Source: Aplysia californica (lineage: Eukaryota). Taken from it: DNA of 33,350 nucleotides. Made by a program: the position numbers and the translations under genes. A model generated the notes under the pieces. It worked only from the letters and a program-made list of their open reading frames with translations, was not told where the DNA came from and did no database searches. The DNA is taken from assembly GCF_000002075.1 (NCBI RefSeq), contig NW_004797387.1:59296-92645 (forward strand), given 5' to 3'. Below, one piece after another: positions 22,901 to 32,312 of this stretch (position 1 is its first letter; every line of letters begins with the position of its first letter).

Positions 22901-23217
22901 TCTCCGGCCTGGAGGTGGACCCGGACAATCTAGTGGGCTACCCGCGTGTCCAGTGGAAGCAACAGATGACCGCCACGGAGCTAGCGGAGCTGGGTATGTT
23001 GGTCAACGGCTCGGCCCAGGGCTTTGTCAAAGACGGCAAAGCTCAGCCATTTTTCCTCAACACCAACAGCAACAGCAACAGCAGCAACAAAAGTCAAGCA
23101 TCGTCCCCGTCGCCAGCCCCGTCACCCACCAACTCGGACGCCTCTTCCTCTGCTGAGGGTCGTAAAGTCACCACCACCTCCCTATCACGCACACACTCCA
23201 GGTATGTACCCATGTGA
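1711..23217 (+). CDS. Multi-exon gene for a C2H2 zinc-finger protein (7 fingers, coiled coil, co-repressor-type linear motifs); 18 exons, ~4,371 nt joined CDS, 5'-partial
   Basis: Exons 1711-1752, 3713-3937, 7079-7222, 8083-8351, 9012-9192, 9999-10149, 10722-11049, 11561-11604, 11979-12099, 12990-13137, 14054-14116, 14586-14753, 16949-17080, 18218-18595, 19048-19221, 20130-20670, 21093-21287, 22151-23217. Internal boundaries are AG/GT, phases are compatible at every junction, and splicing reconstitutes C2H2 fingers split across introns. Confidence 0.9.
1870..1993. repeat. (CT)n microsatellite
   Basis: Seen directly. Confidence 0.95.
2032..2641. other. Assembly gap (other gaps at 3982-4110, 5087-5237, 12126-12272, 27755-27854, 29578-30391)
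   Basis: Runs of N. Confidence 1.
2659..3276 (+). repeat. Near-identical 618-bp direct duplicate of 8468-9085 (intron 4 plus 5' part of exon 5)
   Basis: Offset 5809 nt. By eye identical except ~5 clustered mismatches near 2725-2741; the ORF track gives the same peptides for both copies. Confidence 0.95.
3713..3937 (+). CDS. Exon 2: ZF1 (CDYC...HIRKH), TGERPF linker, start of ZF2 (FSCQ)
   Basis: C-x2-C-x12-H-x3-H plus canonical HTGERPF linker; CAG|GTGGGT donor. The 5' boundary (aaag|GAC) is less certain; an in-frame ATG at 3755 is an alternative start. Confidence 0.88.
4545..4760. repeat. ~21-bp minisatellite (CACGTGGTTACATATGAATAT-like)
   Basis: Recurrent cacgtggttacat units; CACGTG at 4569, 4590, 4655 and 4738. 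Confidence 0.85.
5040..5280 (-). mobile_element. Repeat A copy spanning an assembly gap
   Basis: agaagattacaagtgtt..gagagtaa before the gap and gaaggagcaaaaccac..cgccaaccaccca after it. Confidence 0.55.
5720..6082 (-). mobile_element. tRNA-derived SINE with CORE-like central domain and L2-type 3' tail
   Basis: On the minus strand: A-box-like TAGTGGTTA, B box GGTTCGAG (three copies), central GTGTCCTTGGGAAAGGCACTTTA...CACCCAGGTG..AATGGGTACC, 3' GTGAAGCGC...GCGCTATACAAATG and a (TAT)n tail. Family assignment rests on recalled CORE-SINE/L2 consensus. Confidence 0.78.
6320..6635. repeat. ~30-36-bp minisatellite (gatgtcattgttgtgttattgacctgaagtgacag)
   Basis: About 9-10 degenerate units. Confidence 0.85.
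6698..7050 (+). mobile_element. Composite of repeat B (6698-6832) and repeat A (6838-7050)
   Basis: B core aaatgaccattattgtgtcaatgtgcttctctttactcaa followed by A blocks catctatcgtcct, ctaatcttcggcactcatgtgacc and gcaagtgcc..actcttacta. Confidence 0.7.
7079..7222 (+). CDS. Exon 3: completes ZF2 (LCGKSYKAKRSLHQHHQNTH)
   Basis: caccag acceptor and GCT|GTGAGT donor (weaker in-frame alternative donor GTCAGC at 7175); joins CQ|LC. Confidence 0.88.
8083..8351 (+). CDS. Exon 4: Ser-rich low-complexity linker (QQSPTPAISEATKSLLRETLESSRK...DGAVALL)
   Basis: ttgtag acceptor, AA|GTAAGT donor, 269 nt open frame (phase 0 to 2). Absent from the ORF track because it has no start codon. Confidence 0.85.
9012..9192 (+). 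CDS. Exon 5: IKKE/VKTE SUMO-consensus sites, AEDLSVR, start of ZF3 (VHCE)
   Basis: tgtatag acceptor and GAG|GTGAGA donor, phase 2 to 0. Confidence 0.87.
9803..9975 (+). mobile_element. Dispersed repeat A copy ending just before exon 6
   Basis: ggatggttggcag...gtggtttgctcc...taacacttctaatcttcgg...atatgacc...gcaagtgctgtaaaactcttactaac. Confidence 0.7.
9999..10149 (+). CDS. Exon 6: completes ZF3 (FCHKSFKHDVSLANHIRTAH)
   Basis: TACTAAC branch point at 9956-9962, ctgtctcag acceptor, G|GTGAGT donor. Confidence 0.9.
10360..10721. repeat. 67-bp minisatellite ending at the exon 7 acceptor
   Basis: tcaaacacaac at 10561, 10628 and 10695; more degenerate copies upstream. Confidence 0.85.
10722..11049 (+). 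CDS. Exon 7: Gly/Ala-rich linker
   Basis: gtccccag acceptor and GA|GTAAGT donor, phase 1 to 2; lies within ORF 10712..11053. Confidence 0.87.
11561..11604 (+). CDS. Exon 8 (44-nt small exon, DLSLEELSSREPEKQ)
   Basis: ttctttccag acceptor and AAG|GTGAGT donor; needed to restore phase 2 to 1. Confidence 0.85.
11979..12099 (+). CDS. Exon 9 (AVLAEDGGQRRSRITVLKETVLVSRLDGINNVTGRQATAF)
   Basis: tctttcag acceptor and CA|GTGAGT donor, phase 1 to 2. Confidence 0.87.
12510..12932. repeat. Polypurine (GA-rich) low-complexity tract
   Basis: Seen directly; explains spurious ORFs 12495..12848 and 12420..12935. Confidence 0.85.
12990..13137 (+). CDS. Exon 10: ZF4 (CQLCKRAFTSLVRLYHHLPNH) and most of ZF5 (CRYCEASFRLQTQILKHLQ)
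   Basis: cctccccag acceptor and CAG|GTAACA donor; two C2H2 patterns. Confidence 0.9.
13222..13659. mobile_element. MITE family 1 copy (inverted relative to 483-927)
   Basis: gtggtggaatcaggggctcgtcaa ... ttgacgagcg..gatttcaccacgatgcctcacaTA; internal sequence resembles the reverse complement of 483-927. Confidence 0.8.
14054..14116 (+). CDS. Exon 11: supplies the last His of ZF5 (CHKDKFSGLSNVSLPLEDIQK)
   Basis: ttttactcgacag acceptor and AAG|GTGAGT donor, 63 nt, phase 0/0. Confidence 0.87.
14586..14753 (+). CDS. Exon 12: linker and start of ZF6 (YSCTK)
   Basis: Pyrimidine tract plus gttcag acceptor; AAG|GTGAGA donor. Confidence 0.87.
16144..16967 (+). repeat. 115-bp tandem array containing four copies of the exon 13 acceptor plus the first 19 exon nt
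   Basis: aaagaaacttcc...ctcag|tgccrtaagartttcagcc with post-AG positions at 16168, 16283, 16834 and 16949. Confidence 0.92.
16364..16802. mobile_element. MITE family 1 copy inserted in the 115-bp tandem array
   Basis: gtggaataaggcgctcgtcag ... ttgacgagcgcctgatttcaccacgatagctcaca; colinear with 13222-13659. Confidence 0.8.
16949..17080 (+). CDS. Exon 13: ZF6 (CRKSFSREYLLQRHMRIH) and most of ZF7 (WCPDCESGFSGETDLMEHRR)
   Basis: cttcctccttctcag acceptor and AGG|GTACGT donor, phase 0/0. Confidence 0.9.
17311..17485. mobile_element. MITE family 2 (Tc1/mariner-like, TA-CAGT ends), degenerate
   Basis: tacagtc..tcaaacctgctctaacggccacctg...aaagacatccacctgtctaaaacaaccg; homologous to 27394-27570. Confidence 0.6.
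17679..18183. mobile_element. MITE family 1, degenerate copy (same orientation as 483-927)
   Basis: ttgtggtgacatcaggctct left end; shared internal blocks such as ttgatcaaaggcacagaaaatg..aatttcagtt and gcaaatatctc; degenerate right TIR. Confidence 0.7.
18218..18595 (+). CDS. Exon 14: ends ZF7 (ACH); poly-Ala/Asn tracts; AIDLR
   Basis: gtttcag acceptor and CTT|GTGAGT donor, 378 nt open frame. Confidence 0.87.
18690..19047. repeat. (TG)n microsatellite grading into a tgtccagRtgtgttaacac minisatellite ending at the exon 15 acceptor
   Basis: Seen directly; AGs end at 18859, 18973, 19012 and 19047. Confidence 0.8.
19048..19221 (+). CDS. Exon 15: helical segment (ARQAVLQEFQKKALLMKAMEAQ...SRILQ)
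   Basis: tttttgtccag acceptor and CAG|GTGAGT donor, phase 0/0. Confidence 0.87.
19885..19921. repeat. (TA)n microsatellite
   Basis: Seen directly. Confidence 0.95.
20015..20102 (+). mobile_element. Dispersed repeat B (retroposon-3'-end-like, (CAAA)n tail); other copies at ~9415-9510, 16016-16140, 21538-21670, 23845-23925, 33160-33200
   Basis: Shared core ccctgcantaaatgaccattattgtgtcgatgtgcttctctttactcaa; tail acaaacaaac. Confidence 0.7.
20130..20670 (+). CDS. Exon 16: E/K/R-rich coiled coil, then acidic/Gly-Ala low complexity
   Basis: aacccag acceptor and CAG|GTATGT donor; lies within ORF 20064..20744. Confidence 0.87.
20780..21065. repeat. Degenerate minisatellite (aaactcaaaatgttcc)
   Basis: Multiple aaactcaaaa(t)gt units. 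Confidence 0.7.
21093..21287 (+). CDS. Exon 17: basic SRRKALKPQRI motif, S/T/P-rich
   Basis: tatttcag acceptor and A|GTAAGT donor, phase 1/1. Confidence 0.85.
21292..21800. repeat. Polypyrimidine (CT-rich) low-complexity tract with an embedded repeat B
   Basis: Seen directly. Confidence 0.85.
22151..23217 (+). CDS. Exon 18: long Ser/Asn-rich C-terminal region with AIDLS and two ATDLS; ends at TGA 23215-23217 or splices at 23201
   Basis: ccctcag acceptor in frame with ORF 22291..23217. A CAG|GTATGT donor at 23202 makes the last codons uncertain. Confidence 0.85.
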
Positions 23218-23455
23218 AGCTAATGCGGTGGAATGATGGAAGAAACCATGTCAGTTTGTCTTTTTTCAGTCACAGATCACAATGACTCTTGTCAGAAAGG
23301 TTTGAGGGTGAAAAGTCACTTTGGTGAGTGTGGATGTTTTTATCCTGTCGCTGTGACTCTTGTCACACAAGTGTGAGGGTCATTCATTTGAGTCAGCCAG
23401 TGGTTTGAAAGCACTGACTACTGGTAGTTCTTCTTTTCTTTCCTTCTATTGTCTT

Positions 23456-23492
<37 letters not shown>

Positions 23493-24639
23493 ATGCCTGT
23501 ATGTGTGTTTTTCCTTCCCCCTGCACTAGTTCATCATCCTCATCATATTGATGTGCTTCTCTGAGCTCACCCTAAACGACGACTGTGAGTACATGTGTTA
23601 GTTGCTGAAATCCTGAAGAAGGCCCAGTTCAGGAATCGGTTGTTGGGAAAAACCCAATGGAAGTTGCAAAATGACGCTAATGAAATGTTGTTGACAAACT
23701 GACTGTGGCTCTTGTCAGGATATGTCGGGAGTTGAGAGGTTGCAGCTGCTAGGTATATTTTCTTTCTTCTTCTTTGCTTTACTCATCACTTGATGTTTTA
23801 TTTATTTATTAATTTATTTATTTCATTTATTGTTCTTGTCTTTTCTTCTTTTTGCTTTTCCCCAGCACTAAAAAAATGACCATTATCATATTCATGTGCT
23901 GCTTTTCTGTGACTCAAACCAACACCCTTGAACTGTTAGCTTTGTCATGTCCACCTGCTCATTGTGTGCGAAGAGAAAACACTCTGGAGTAAATGTTATC
24001 GCCAGAATCCCAAGAAGTACTAGAGTGAGCTGCAGTGAAAGTGTGTTTGTTCCTCACTACTATGTTAATTGCCGGTCTGTCCTGAAGTAAGAAGGACAAC
24101 TGCCACTGAAAACAAACTAGTTAAGCCAGTTTGTGTACTGTAACCTCCTTCTGTACTGCTTGTTAGTTTGTGTCAATGGCTAGTGTTCAATGTGCTTTCA
24201 TTTCCTCTGCTTTGGAACAAAATGTTCTTCCACTAAATACTTTCCGTTTATGAAAAGATTTGTTGTAGGTGTAACATTAGAGGGTTTTTGGATCCTAGGA
24301 AGTGCGCTAGGAACCATGACGCTGTTAAATGATTTTGGATCTTCTGTTATGTGTAGTTTGGTGTCACGTATGGTTCCTTCTCTACAGAATTTATTTTTTC
24401 TTCTAATTCATGAGGGATATGGTCTAGTTAACTGGTGGTGATGGTGGTGTTTGTCAAGTCTAAAGTTTGGTTCTGGTTTGGGTTGGGACTAATGAGGGCT
24501 AATTCTGGTATGTATAAGTCTGAAAAGAACTCGTGCAAGAGCGAAATGTTGTTTTTCAGCAGTCAATTTCTCTTGCCTGTTCTATGATATTATTTAGGCT
24601 GCGAGGCTGATAGTAGGATGACGTGGTGTGGACTGATGT

Positions 24640-24735
24640 TGTGATAGGAATATGTTTTATATAATTTAGACTCAAAAGTTGTGTCTCTTAGGTGTTGAGG
24701 AAGAGAGTTCCAAACTGATGGAGCAGGATGGACTA
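24640..24735 (-). mobile_element. Decayed 3' end of an L2/CR1-group LINE ORF2
   Basis: Minus-strand peptide PAPSVWNSLPQHLRDTTFESKLYKTY matches the recalled L2/CR1 C-terminal pattern AP.LWNSLP..LR....FK..LKT. Confidence 0.6.
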
Positions 24736-25369
24736 TTGATACTTCAGCTAGTTTATTACTTCCTTTCTTTGGAACTCTAAAAAAGTAAAAGATGCTTATA
24801 TCCTGGTCTAATTGATCTAGATAGAACATAGGTCAGGACGAGATCATTAAGATATGAGGGAGCTTTATTATTGATACACTTGTGTGGTATAATATCGCAA
24901 TTTCATACCACAAGAAGTTAGGTTTAGGTATGATATAAAAAGGTAGTTTATAAAGGCAGCGTTTTTAGGGGTTTCTCCTACATCAAGGTATTCATCTAGA
25001 CCAGTGGTGTGCTGAATAACAAACATGTGATCTGTGTGTAGGTCTCCACTGTCCAGCATGTTTTTGTGAGCTGCCTGTGCTTACTAATCCATGTGAAGCA
25101 AACAGGAAAAACACTTGTCTGCTCAAAGCACTAAGAGCCATGATTGTTTTTAGAGTCACTGTCTCTAGAAAAATAAATACATCTTGTTTTAAACAAAAAA
25201 TACATATAATATATTTCACGATGTAGAATCTGTGAAGTGAAACATGTAACTTTTCCTGGGAGACATTGGGTAGTACACATTGTGTGCTCATTTGGAGGAG
25301 GTTATATTTTGTAAACTTTTGTCAGTGGTGGTTTGAACTTGTGAGAATGATAACCAGTTCTGTTCTTTG

Positions 25370-25475
25370 TCTTCCTCCTCTCTTTCTTCTTCTTCTTTCT
25401 TCCATCCTTCTCCTCCTCTTCTTCCTCCTCCTGCTCCTCCTCCTTTCTTCCATCCTTCTCCTCCTCCTCCTGCTC
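25370..25475. repeat. (CTC/CTT)n low-complexity tract
   Basis: Seen directly. Confidence 0.9.
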
Positions 25476-27193
25476 CACCCGCTTACACCCCTGTGTGACT
25501 TGTCAACTTGCAGTGCCAGAATCACGTCCCTGTCGCGCACACAGTCCAGGTTTGATCACGTTTTGCCGCTTTTCCTCTCGTGTTCTCTCCATTGTTTCTC
25601 TGTCACTACTGACCACTGGCCAGCAAAGACCATTTCCTGTTCTGGGACAGCAGGCTTGTTATGCTATACTAGCGTAAGCTGACAAAACGCTGTTTTTTCT
25701 TCAGAGTAGTTTCGACAAAAAGGTTGTTTTTTTATGTCTGCGTAATCATTTAAAAATAGTCCTTTTGAAATTTGAATAGTAATTTATTCAAAAAGTTTCA
25801 ATTTGATTTTTTCACACAAGTAGGGTTACTGATCAGGCTTTTAATTTAGCAAATAAAAAATATTGGCGCCAAATTTTTTTTTTTAGCATTTTGTCGGCTT
25901 ACGGCAGTAGGCCTTTACCTGTCAGAGACAATGGGGTTTTTTTCCTTCTCTATAAGTTCTTTTTGTTAAAGTTGGGTATTTTTTATGTTTTTTGTGGGGG
26001 GAGGGAAGGGGGTATGATGGTTTTGACTTTTTTTTATGGAGGGGGGGGGGTTTGTTCATTCTTTTTAGTTGTTTTTATTTTTAACAGTATGTTTCTTCAA
26101 TAAAATTGTAACTTTCCTTAAATCTCCAATGATAGGGGATCGCAGGATATAAAAGGGATGTGACAGTGTATCAATCATGTCACTGGTACTTGTAATAATA
26201 GGCTGTAATAATAGTTGTAAAGGGTATTGAGCATGCTGTTGAGAGTGAATATGGGCTATGTAATTATGCAATTGTTATAATTATTATTAAGTTGCACAAA
26301 CACACAGTCTTTGGCAGTTGAAAAAGTAACGACTATGAAAGTTAAAATGTCTGCTGAGTCAGCCTTTTGCCTTGTGGGTCGTCGGTATAATAGAGAGCCT
26401 GCGAGTCTGGTCCCAGAAGCACACGTTCTTTGCTGCTACTGTTACTGTTATGTTACTTGTTACTAACACAGCTGTTGACTTAGCTGCCTGCATCCCTGTT
26501 TGTTTGTTGTTGCACTGTAGCGGTGATCTCCTTCTTTTGTATTCCACATAGCTCCGCCTGTCTGTCGTTGGGATAGGCTAGGCTGGTTCTGCTGGAGAAG
26601 TGGTTAGCTGTGAGAATACATCATGTAAAATGAACTTCTATTAAAACTATTACTATTAAGATAACAACATTAACTTTTTTTAAAGAAGAGAGAGGGGACT
26701 CTCAACCACTACATATTGATCAATGTGTAAAGATTGAAATGCAGTTTAACGCAGAATTTTTTTTTCCTGCTTTAATTTAGAAAAAAATGTGTTGGTTTTT
26801 TTTTCAGATTCTAACTATAATTTAAGAAATTTCTACTTTTAAGTGAATTTGTTGAATTTTTATTTTTTTTCCCCTGCAATAAACAGTATCTGCAAACTTT
26901 TGCACGCAAATAGGACATGAACTTTGTGTACACCAAGTTACAATATGTCATAGTGTCCTAAATACTAGTGTTGTACCAAGTCCTGATCATAACCAACACA
27001 TGTAACATGTAACTCAAACTCTTCTGTGTAGTGCTCTGTCTGTTCATACTACAGTCTCCTCTCTGTCTAATCCACATGATGCACACATGTAAAAATAGCG
27101 CTGGGGGGGGGGGGGGGGGGTATTGCCAGAGTGGTGGGTAAATTATTGGATGCTCCATGCTGGGGTTTTTTCGGGCTCTTGTGTAAAAGTTAA

Positions 27194-27237
<44 letters not shown>

Positions 27238-27393
27238 TTTGAGTAACCCAGATTTAGTAGAGATCTTTTTGTTGTCTTTCCAGAGAGTTGTGAAAATCTT
27301 GCTGTCTTTTCTCTCCAGCATGCCTCTTGTCTTGGTTGTCTTAGTCATCTTAATTCAAGAAAGAAAGTGACATCTTTGGAAACATGTATGTTA

Positions 27394-27570
27394 TACTGTG
27401 GAACCTGCTGTAACGGCCAGCTGTCCTAGACGATCACCTGAACAAATGACCACGTCCCATCTCCCCCCTTACTTTTTTTTTTTCGTTATTATGACATTGT
27501 TAAAGACTTCCACCTGCCTAAGACAACCGATTTTCTCTGCAAAAAGCCGTCTTGGACAATTTTGACTGTA
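27394..27570. mobile_element. MITE family 2 (Tc1/mariner-like, ~175 bp)
   Basis: TActgtggaacctg ... caattttgactgTA imperfect TIRs; internal match to 17311-17485. Confidence 0.65.
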
Positions 27571-28839
27571 TATGAGTCTATGTCAATTGCTAAGTGTCTA
27601 TCTACAAATCTATAACTGATTGAATTGGCCGGGGCGTGCTCCATCTTCAACTTTATAGGGTCCTTATTCTTATGCTGTGGATGCTGTTTAGTATTTAACG
27701 TCTCAGTAGATTTGTCAGTAAGGGGCTCCCTTGTGTACTCAACACAACCCCCCCNNNNNNNNNNNNNNNNNNNNNNNNNNNNNNNNNNNNNNNNNNNNNN
27801 NNNNNNNNNNNNNNNNNNNNNNNNNNNNNNNNNNNNNNNNNNNNNNNNNNNNNNCCCCCCAACCCTCTAGTAATGTGCCTGGTCTCCCCAGCAACCCCCA
27901 GTTGAACGCTTGCACAACAGAAACATGTAGTAGACAGTGTGTTTTCTCTGTGATATCTTGCATGGTGGCTTCTTCTTCCCCCCCCCCCTTCCCCCCTGTC
28001 AATATTGATAATATGATCCAATTAGGGGGAGGGGTGAGGGGATTTGATATTCTACAGCTCTAACAGTTTCTCTTCTGTCTCTGCCCTCTCTCTTTCCACC
28101 ACATTCCTTCTTTTTTGTTCTCTAACCTCTGAACCAAGTGCCTGAGCCTTTGAAATGATGCATTTTGTGTCTAGAAAGGCAGGACAGCATCTCCTTCCCT
28201 CCTGAAAAATCCCCAACTAAACAAATAGAGGTTGTCGGGTTTTTTTTATAGTAGGCTGTGTTTAGTATGTAGCAGGTAAGTACTCTCCTGTTGTAGTGCC
28301 GGTGGCTCTAGAGAGTGCGTGACCGTTTTGCCACCCGTGGCTCCTGTCTTCTCAGAGCTGGCAGTATGTCAGCCTGAGAGAGGAAGAATTTCCACATCAG
28401 AGCAGAAAAGGAAATCTTCTACATTTCTTCGTTACTTTATCATTTTGTTGTTGTTGTTGTTGTTTTTTCTGTTGTTTTCCTAATCAATCATGTTGAACCC
28501 ACTTAAAAACGTCATTTGAAACTTTTTGTGACTTTTGGGCCAATCCATAAAAAATGGAACTGCAGTGACACACGTAATGTGGAGATGATGAACTGCTGAC
28601 AAAAATTCCAAGAAGTGATAGTGCCATTCTTTACATAAAATCACGTAACCTTCCTCTGGTACACCCACTCCCAAAAAAACTCCCAACCCCCCTATCTGTA
28701 TCACTGTTTAGAGTTTAATTTAAAGTTTCATCAGCAGGGCAGCGCTCCTATGTTATGTGTGTCTCGCACTTTCTTTTCTCGTGGATTGGGCGTTTCGTGT
28801 TCCTGTTTTTGCCTTGTGAATTATCAGGCATCTGTTGTG

Positions 28840-29050
28840 TAATAGTAATAGTTAAGTTCTGTGCCATTCATGAAGACACGAGTTCGATCACCACGTAGGG
28901 ATGTTTTTATTATTGTCAGTCTCCCTACTCCGTCTGTCTGCTGGGATGTTATACATTAATGAATTATCCCACTCAGCTCAGGTTGGAGTAGCCAGCCTCC
29001 TAAATGCTTTATATTGTGTGGACGGGGGTATTAAACATGTACAGTCACTC
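28840..29050 (+). mobile_element. Possible decayed SINE
   Basis: atagttaag ... gagttcgatcacc Pol III box-like pair and a 3' end ggacgggggtattaaaca..cagtcactc; weak. Confidence 0.3.
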
Positions 29051-30831
29051 CTAGCAGGCAATATGTCCTGTATTTATTCACACACATCATGATTAAAGGG
29101 AACTGTTGTAGATAAAAGTGAATGCGCCCTGTGTAGTGCGGACATCTTAATTATGCCCCTTGTATATATCCTGCTAGTCCTAGTCCTAGTCCTCACTTCC
29201 GGGCTTGTTCTGCATGAGCTGCATGACCTGTGGTGTAGTGTTGTGAACTCTGACCTCTGTAGACCACTCACTAGCCTCTTCCTCTCTAGTAGATTATTAT
29301 ATATGTGACCTCATCCAGTGCATGGACTAGAAACATTTACCCTCGGGTCACTTTGGCAGGTTTTCATTGAGGCATAATCTTCCTGAAAACAAAATATTTT
29401 TTTAGTGGAGAAGTACGTTTTTGAGGAGAGCTTGCTAGTCTTTTACATTGTTTGTATAATTATGGCATATAAAAATACATGTTGTTTTATTGTTTCAACC
29501 TTTTTTAAGTCTGGTGCCGCAGTTTGTAAGTAGAACATGTGTTTGAAAATATCAGCTATTTAGTTGTCTAAATATTGNNNNNNNNNNNNNNNNNNNNNNN
29601 NNNNNNNNNNNNNNNNNNNNNNNNNNNNNNNNNNNNNNNNNNNNNNNNNNNNNNNNNNNNNNNNNNNNNNNNNNNNNNNNNNNNNNNNNNNNNNNNNNNN
29701 NNNNNNNNNNNNNNNNNNNNNNNNNNNNNNNNNNNNNNNNNNNNNNNNNNNNNNNNNNNNNNNNNNNNNNNNNNNNNNNNNNNNNNNNNNNNNNNNNNNN
29801 NNNNNNNNNNNNNNNNNNNNNNNNNNNNNNNNNNNNNNNNNNNNNNNNNNNNNNNNNNNNNNNNNNNNNNNNNNNNNNNNNNNNNNNNNNNNNNNNNNNN
29901 NNNNNNNNNNNNNNNNNNNNNNNNNNNNNNNNNNNNNNNNNNNNNNNNNNNNNNNNNNNNNNNNNNNNNNNNNNNNNNNNNNNNNNNNNNNNNNNNNNNN
30001 NNNNNNNNNNNNNNNNNNNNNNNNNNNNNNNNNNNNNNNNNNNNNNNNNNNNNNNNNNNNNNNNNNNNNNNNNNNNNNNNNNNNNNNNNNNNNNNNNNNN
30101 NNNNNNNNNNNNNNNNNNNNNNNNNNNNNNNNNNNNNNNNNNNNNNNNNNNNNNNNNNNNNNNNNNNNNNNNNNNNNNNNNNNNNNNNNNNNNNNNNNNN
30201 NNNNNNNNNNNNNNNNNNNNNNNNNNNNNNNNNNNNNNNNNNNNNNNNNNNNNNNNNNNNNNNNNNNNNNNNNNNNNNNNNNNNNNNNNNNNNNNNNNNN
30301 NNNNNNNNNNNNNNNNNNNNNNNNNNNNNNNNNNNNNNNNNNNNNNNNNNNNNNNNNNNNNNNNNNNNNNNNNNNNNNNNNNNNNNNNNNNGGGGGAGCA
30401 GTGTACTGGTTTATCAGAAAGGCTCTCCGTCCATATATTTATAACTTTGTACTGTATTTTTTCCCCACAGAATAATCATTATCTCTGAAATTTAGGAAAT
30501 TGTGGATTTTTCATGATTTTTTTTTTTAGGTTTTAATTTTCCTAAAACTGTGTTGAAAAGGATGTAGAATACGCTTACCATCACATTTTTGTATCTATGC
30601 ATTTGAAATTCCCCACCCCCACTCACCTGTCAGTGCCGGTTAGACATCCCTGCAGATCACCACAAGCTTATCACGTGTCTGCTGCATCACCCCCCCCCCA
30701 ACCTAAACCCACTTCCCTCCCCTCACCCATGGATAAAAGTCCCTTTGTAGATAGAACTGGTAGTGATTCACCGTGTATTTAGCCCCAAGCCTGAGGTAGG
30801 ACCAGACTGAAACAGACGGGGAGGGATGGGG

Positions 30832-31128
30832 TATGGGCATCATCAAACTCAGTCACTCCGAGGGCAAAATTCAAATTCTGTTTAAAGTTGCAGGCAGACC
30901 TGGATTAACACTCATTGAGTAGGGGGAAACTAAATCTTTTTTTTTTTTTTTTTAATGGTGTGAAACACGAACAAAATTTAAAATTATTACAAGTCATAGC
31001 ATACCAGTTTTCACTGTTATGCCAATTTGTCAGGATTCTCAGGATCGACTTCCCAAAATTGGCTTTTGGCTCGGATTCAAAATTTGTGGCTGGGCCAGAT
31101 GTGGCCTGTGGGCCATGAGTGGTGTGGA
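30832..31128. mobile_element. Degenerate hAT (Charlie-like) non-autonomous element
   Basis: Left end ..tcaaactcagtcactccgagggcaaaat and right end gggccagatgtggcctgtgggccatgagt resemble recalled Charlie-type MITE termini; no target-site duplication identified. Confidence 0.45.
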
Positions 31129-31784
31129 GAGAATTTTTCCCAACATCATGAAGTAGACAGTGCAGTGCAAGTATTTGGACCTCAGTGTGAGAACACTACT
31201 TGAAGAACAAACAGCCACATTTATCCACCTCGACAAAATCTTTTTTTTTTCACAATGCAGCAAAACTGCTTTGAATCGTCTGTGATAAAGTGTTTTGAAA
31301 TATGATACTCTTGTCTGTGGAGAAAGCGAGGGTTATGTTGTAAACCTAGGAGTGAGGATGATGACGATATACGTTGACACTTCAAGCACTGACCTCTTGA
31401 ACCTACAACACCTGAGTTCCTGTTCTCTTTGAAGTTGACTGTTACTGTTACAATAAGTTACATGTCTACCATGAGGTGTGGGTTTGATGTGCTGAGGGCA
31501 AAGGTGGGGGTGTTCAGCTTATGTGGCCAAATTGTGATGACGGCATCATAAAGCAATAAATTTTAGACTCTCTTTTTTTATAAGATGGCTGCCACCCCCT
31601 TCCCCCAGTCTGTTTTAGTCTGCCTCCAGCCTTCCCAAGTTACTAGTTGAAATATAGATCAGATACAGCCACCAACCACTCACAGATTTCTTGATTTCTT
31701 GTAGTACACTGTAGCCCAAACGCCTTCTTTGGATTTGCTTTAAGGTTTTATTGAGTTTTGCACAAAATACTGACGTCAATAACT

Positions 31785-31975
31785 GGGGTCTATGGTGAAA
31801 TGGTTACGCTTTTCGCTGCTGCTCACAGAAGACATGAGTTCAATTCCCTAGCGGGGAAACCTATAGGGTTGGCTCTCCCAGGCAGGGTTACTATAGCCCA
31901 CCTCATGATGGACCTGCTTTGCAACAATGGGGGGTGGCGAAACCTTTATCAGTTATCATCTATAAATTTACGTGC
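31785..31975 (+). mobile_element. Degenerate tRNA-headed SINE
   Basis: A-box-like TGGTGAAATGGTTA (31793) and B-box-like GAGTTCAATTCCC (31836) at tRNA spacing, but no cloverleaf. Confidence 0.45.
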
Positions 31976-32125
31976 TCAGCCGAAGACAAGAGTTAATGTT
32001 TTAATGTTAGCTGTGTGTCACTGACAGTGTGTCTGTCATGTGTATACAGAACGGTCTATGGTACAGGGCAAGGGTTCTCAACATTTTTGAAGAAGGGTCA
32101 AGGTTCCTTCTAAAGTTGTCTAACT

Positions 32126-32312
32126 GTTTTTTATTTTAGTAGGTGTTTTATGGCACTTGCTACTCAATAAGGTCATATATATATAAGTGCTGAAGATTAG
32201 AGGTGTTACACGAGAGTAACAAACACAAAAAAGAAGGTGGGGAGATCAGGACGATAGATGTTTGATAGGAAAGAAGAAGCAAACCACACCAGAGCACCCG
32301 CCAACCACCCAC
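32126..32312 (-). mobile_element. Dispersed repeat A copy
   Basis: Direct similarity to 1517-1690; A-rich tail at the inferred 3' end. Confidence 0.75.

Noticed and set aside
1711-23217. Assigning a symbol such as SALL, ZNF827 or ZNF217/536
   Set aside because: Only short motifs are shared; finger sequences and layout do not match any gene I can recognise without a search.
30621-30655. Minus-strand micro-exon with a CAG|GTGAGT donor
   Set aside because: No pyrimidine tract, only 23 nt, and no partner exons.
31785-31856. tRNA gene
   Set aside because: A/B boxes are present but acceptor and anticodon stems do not pair; treated as a SINE head.
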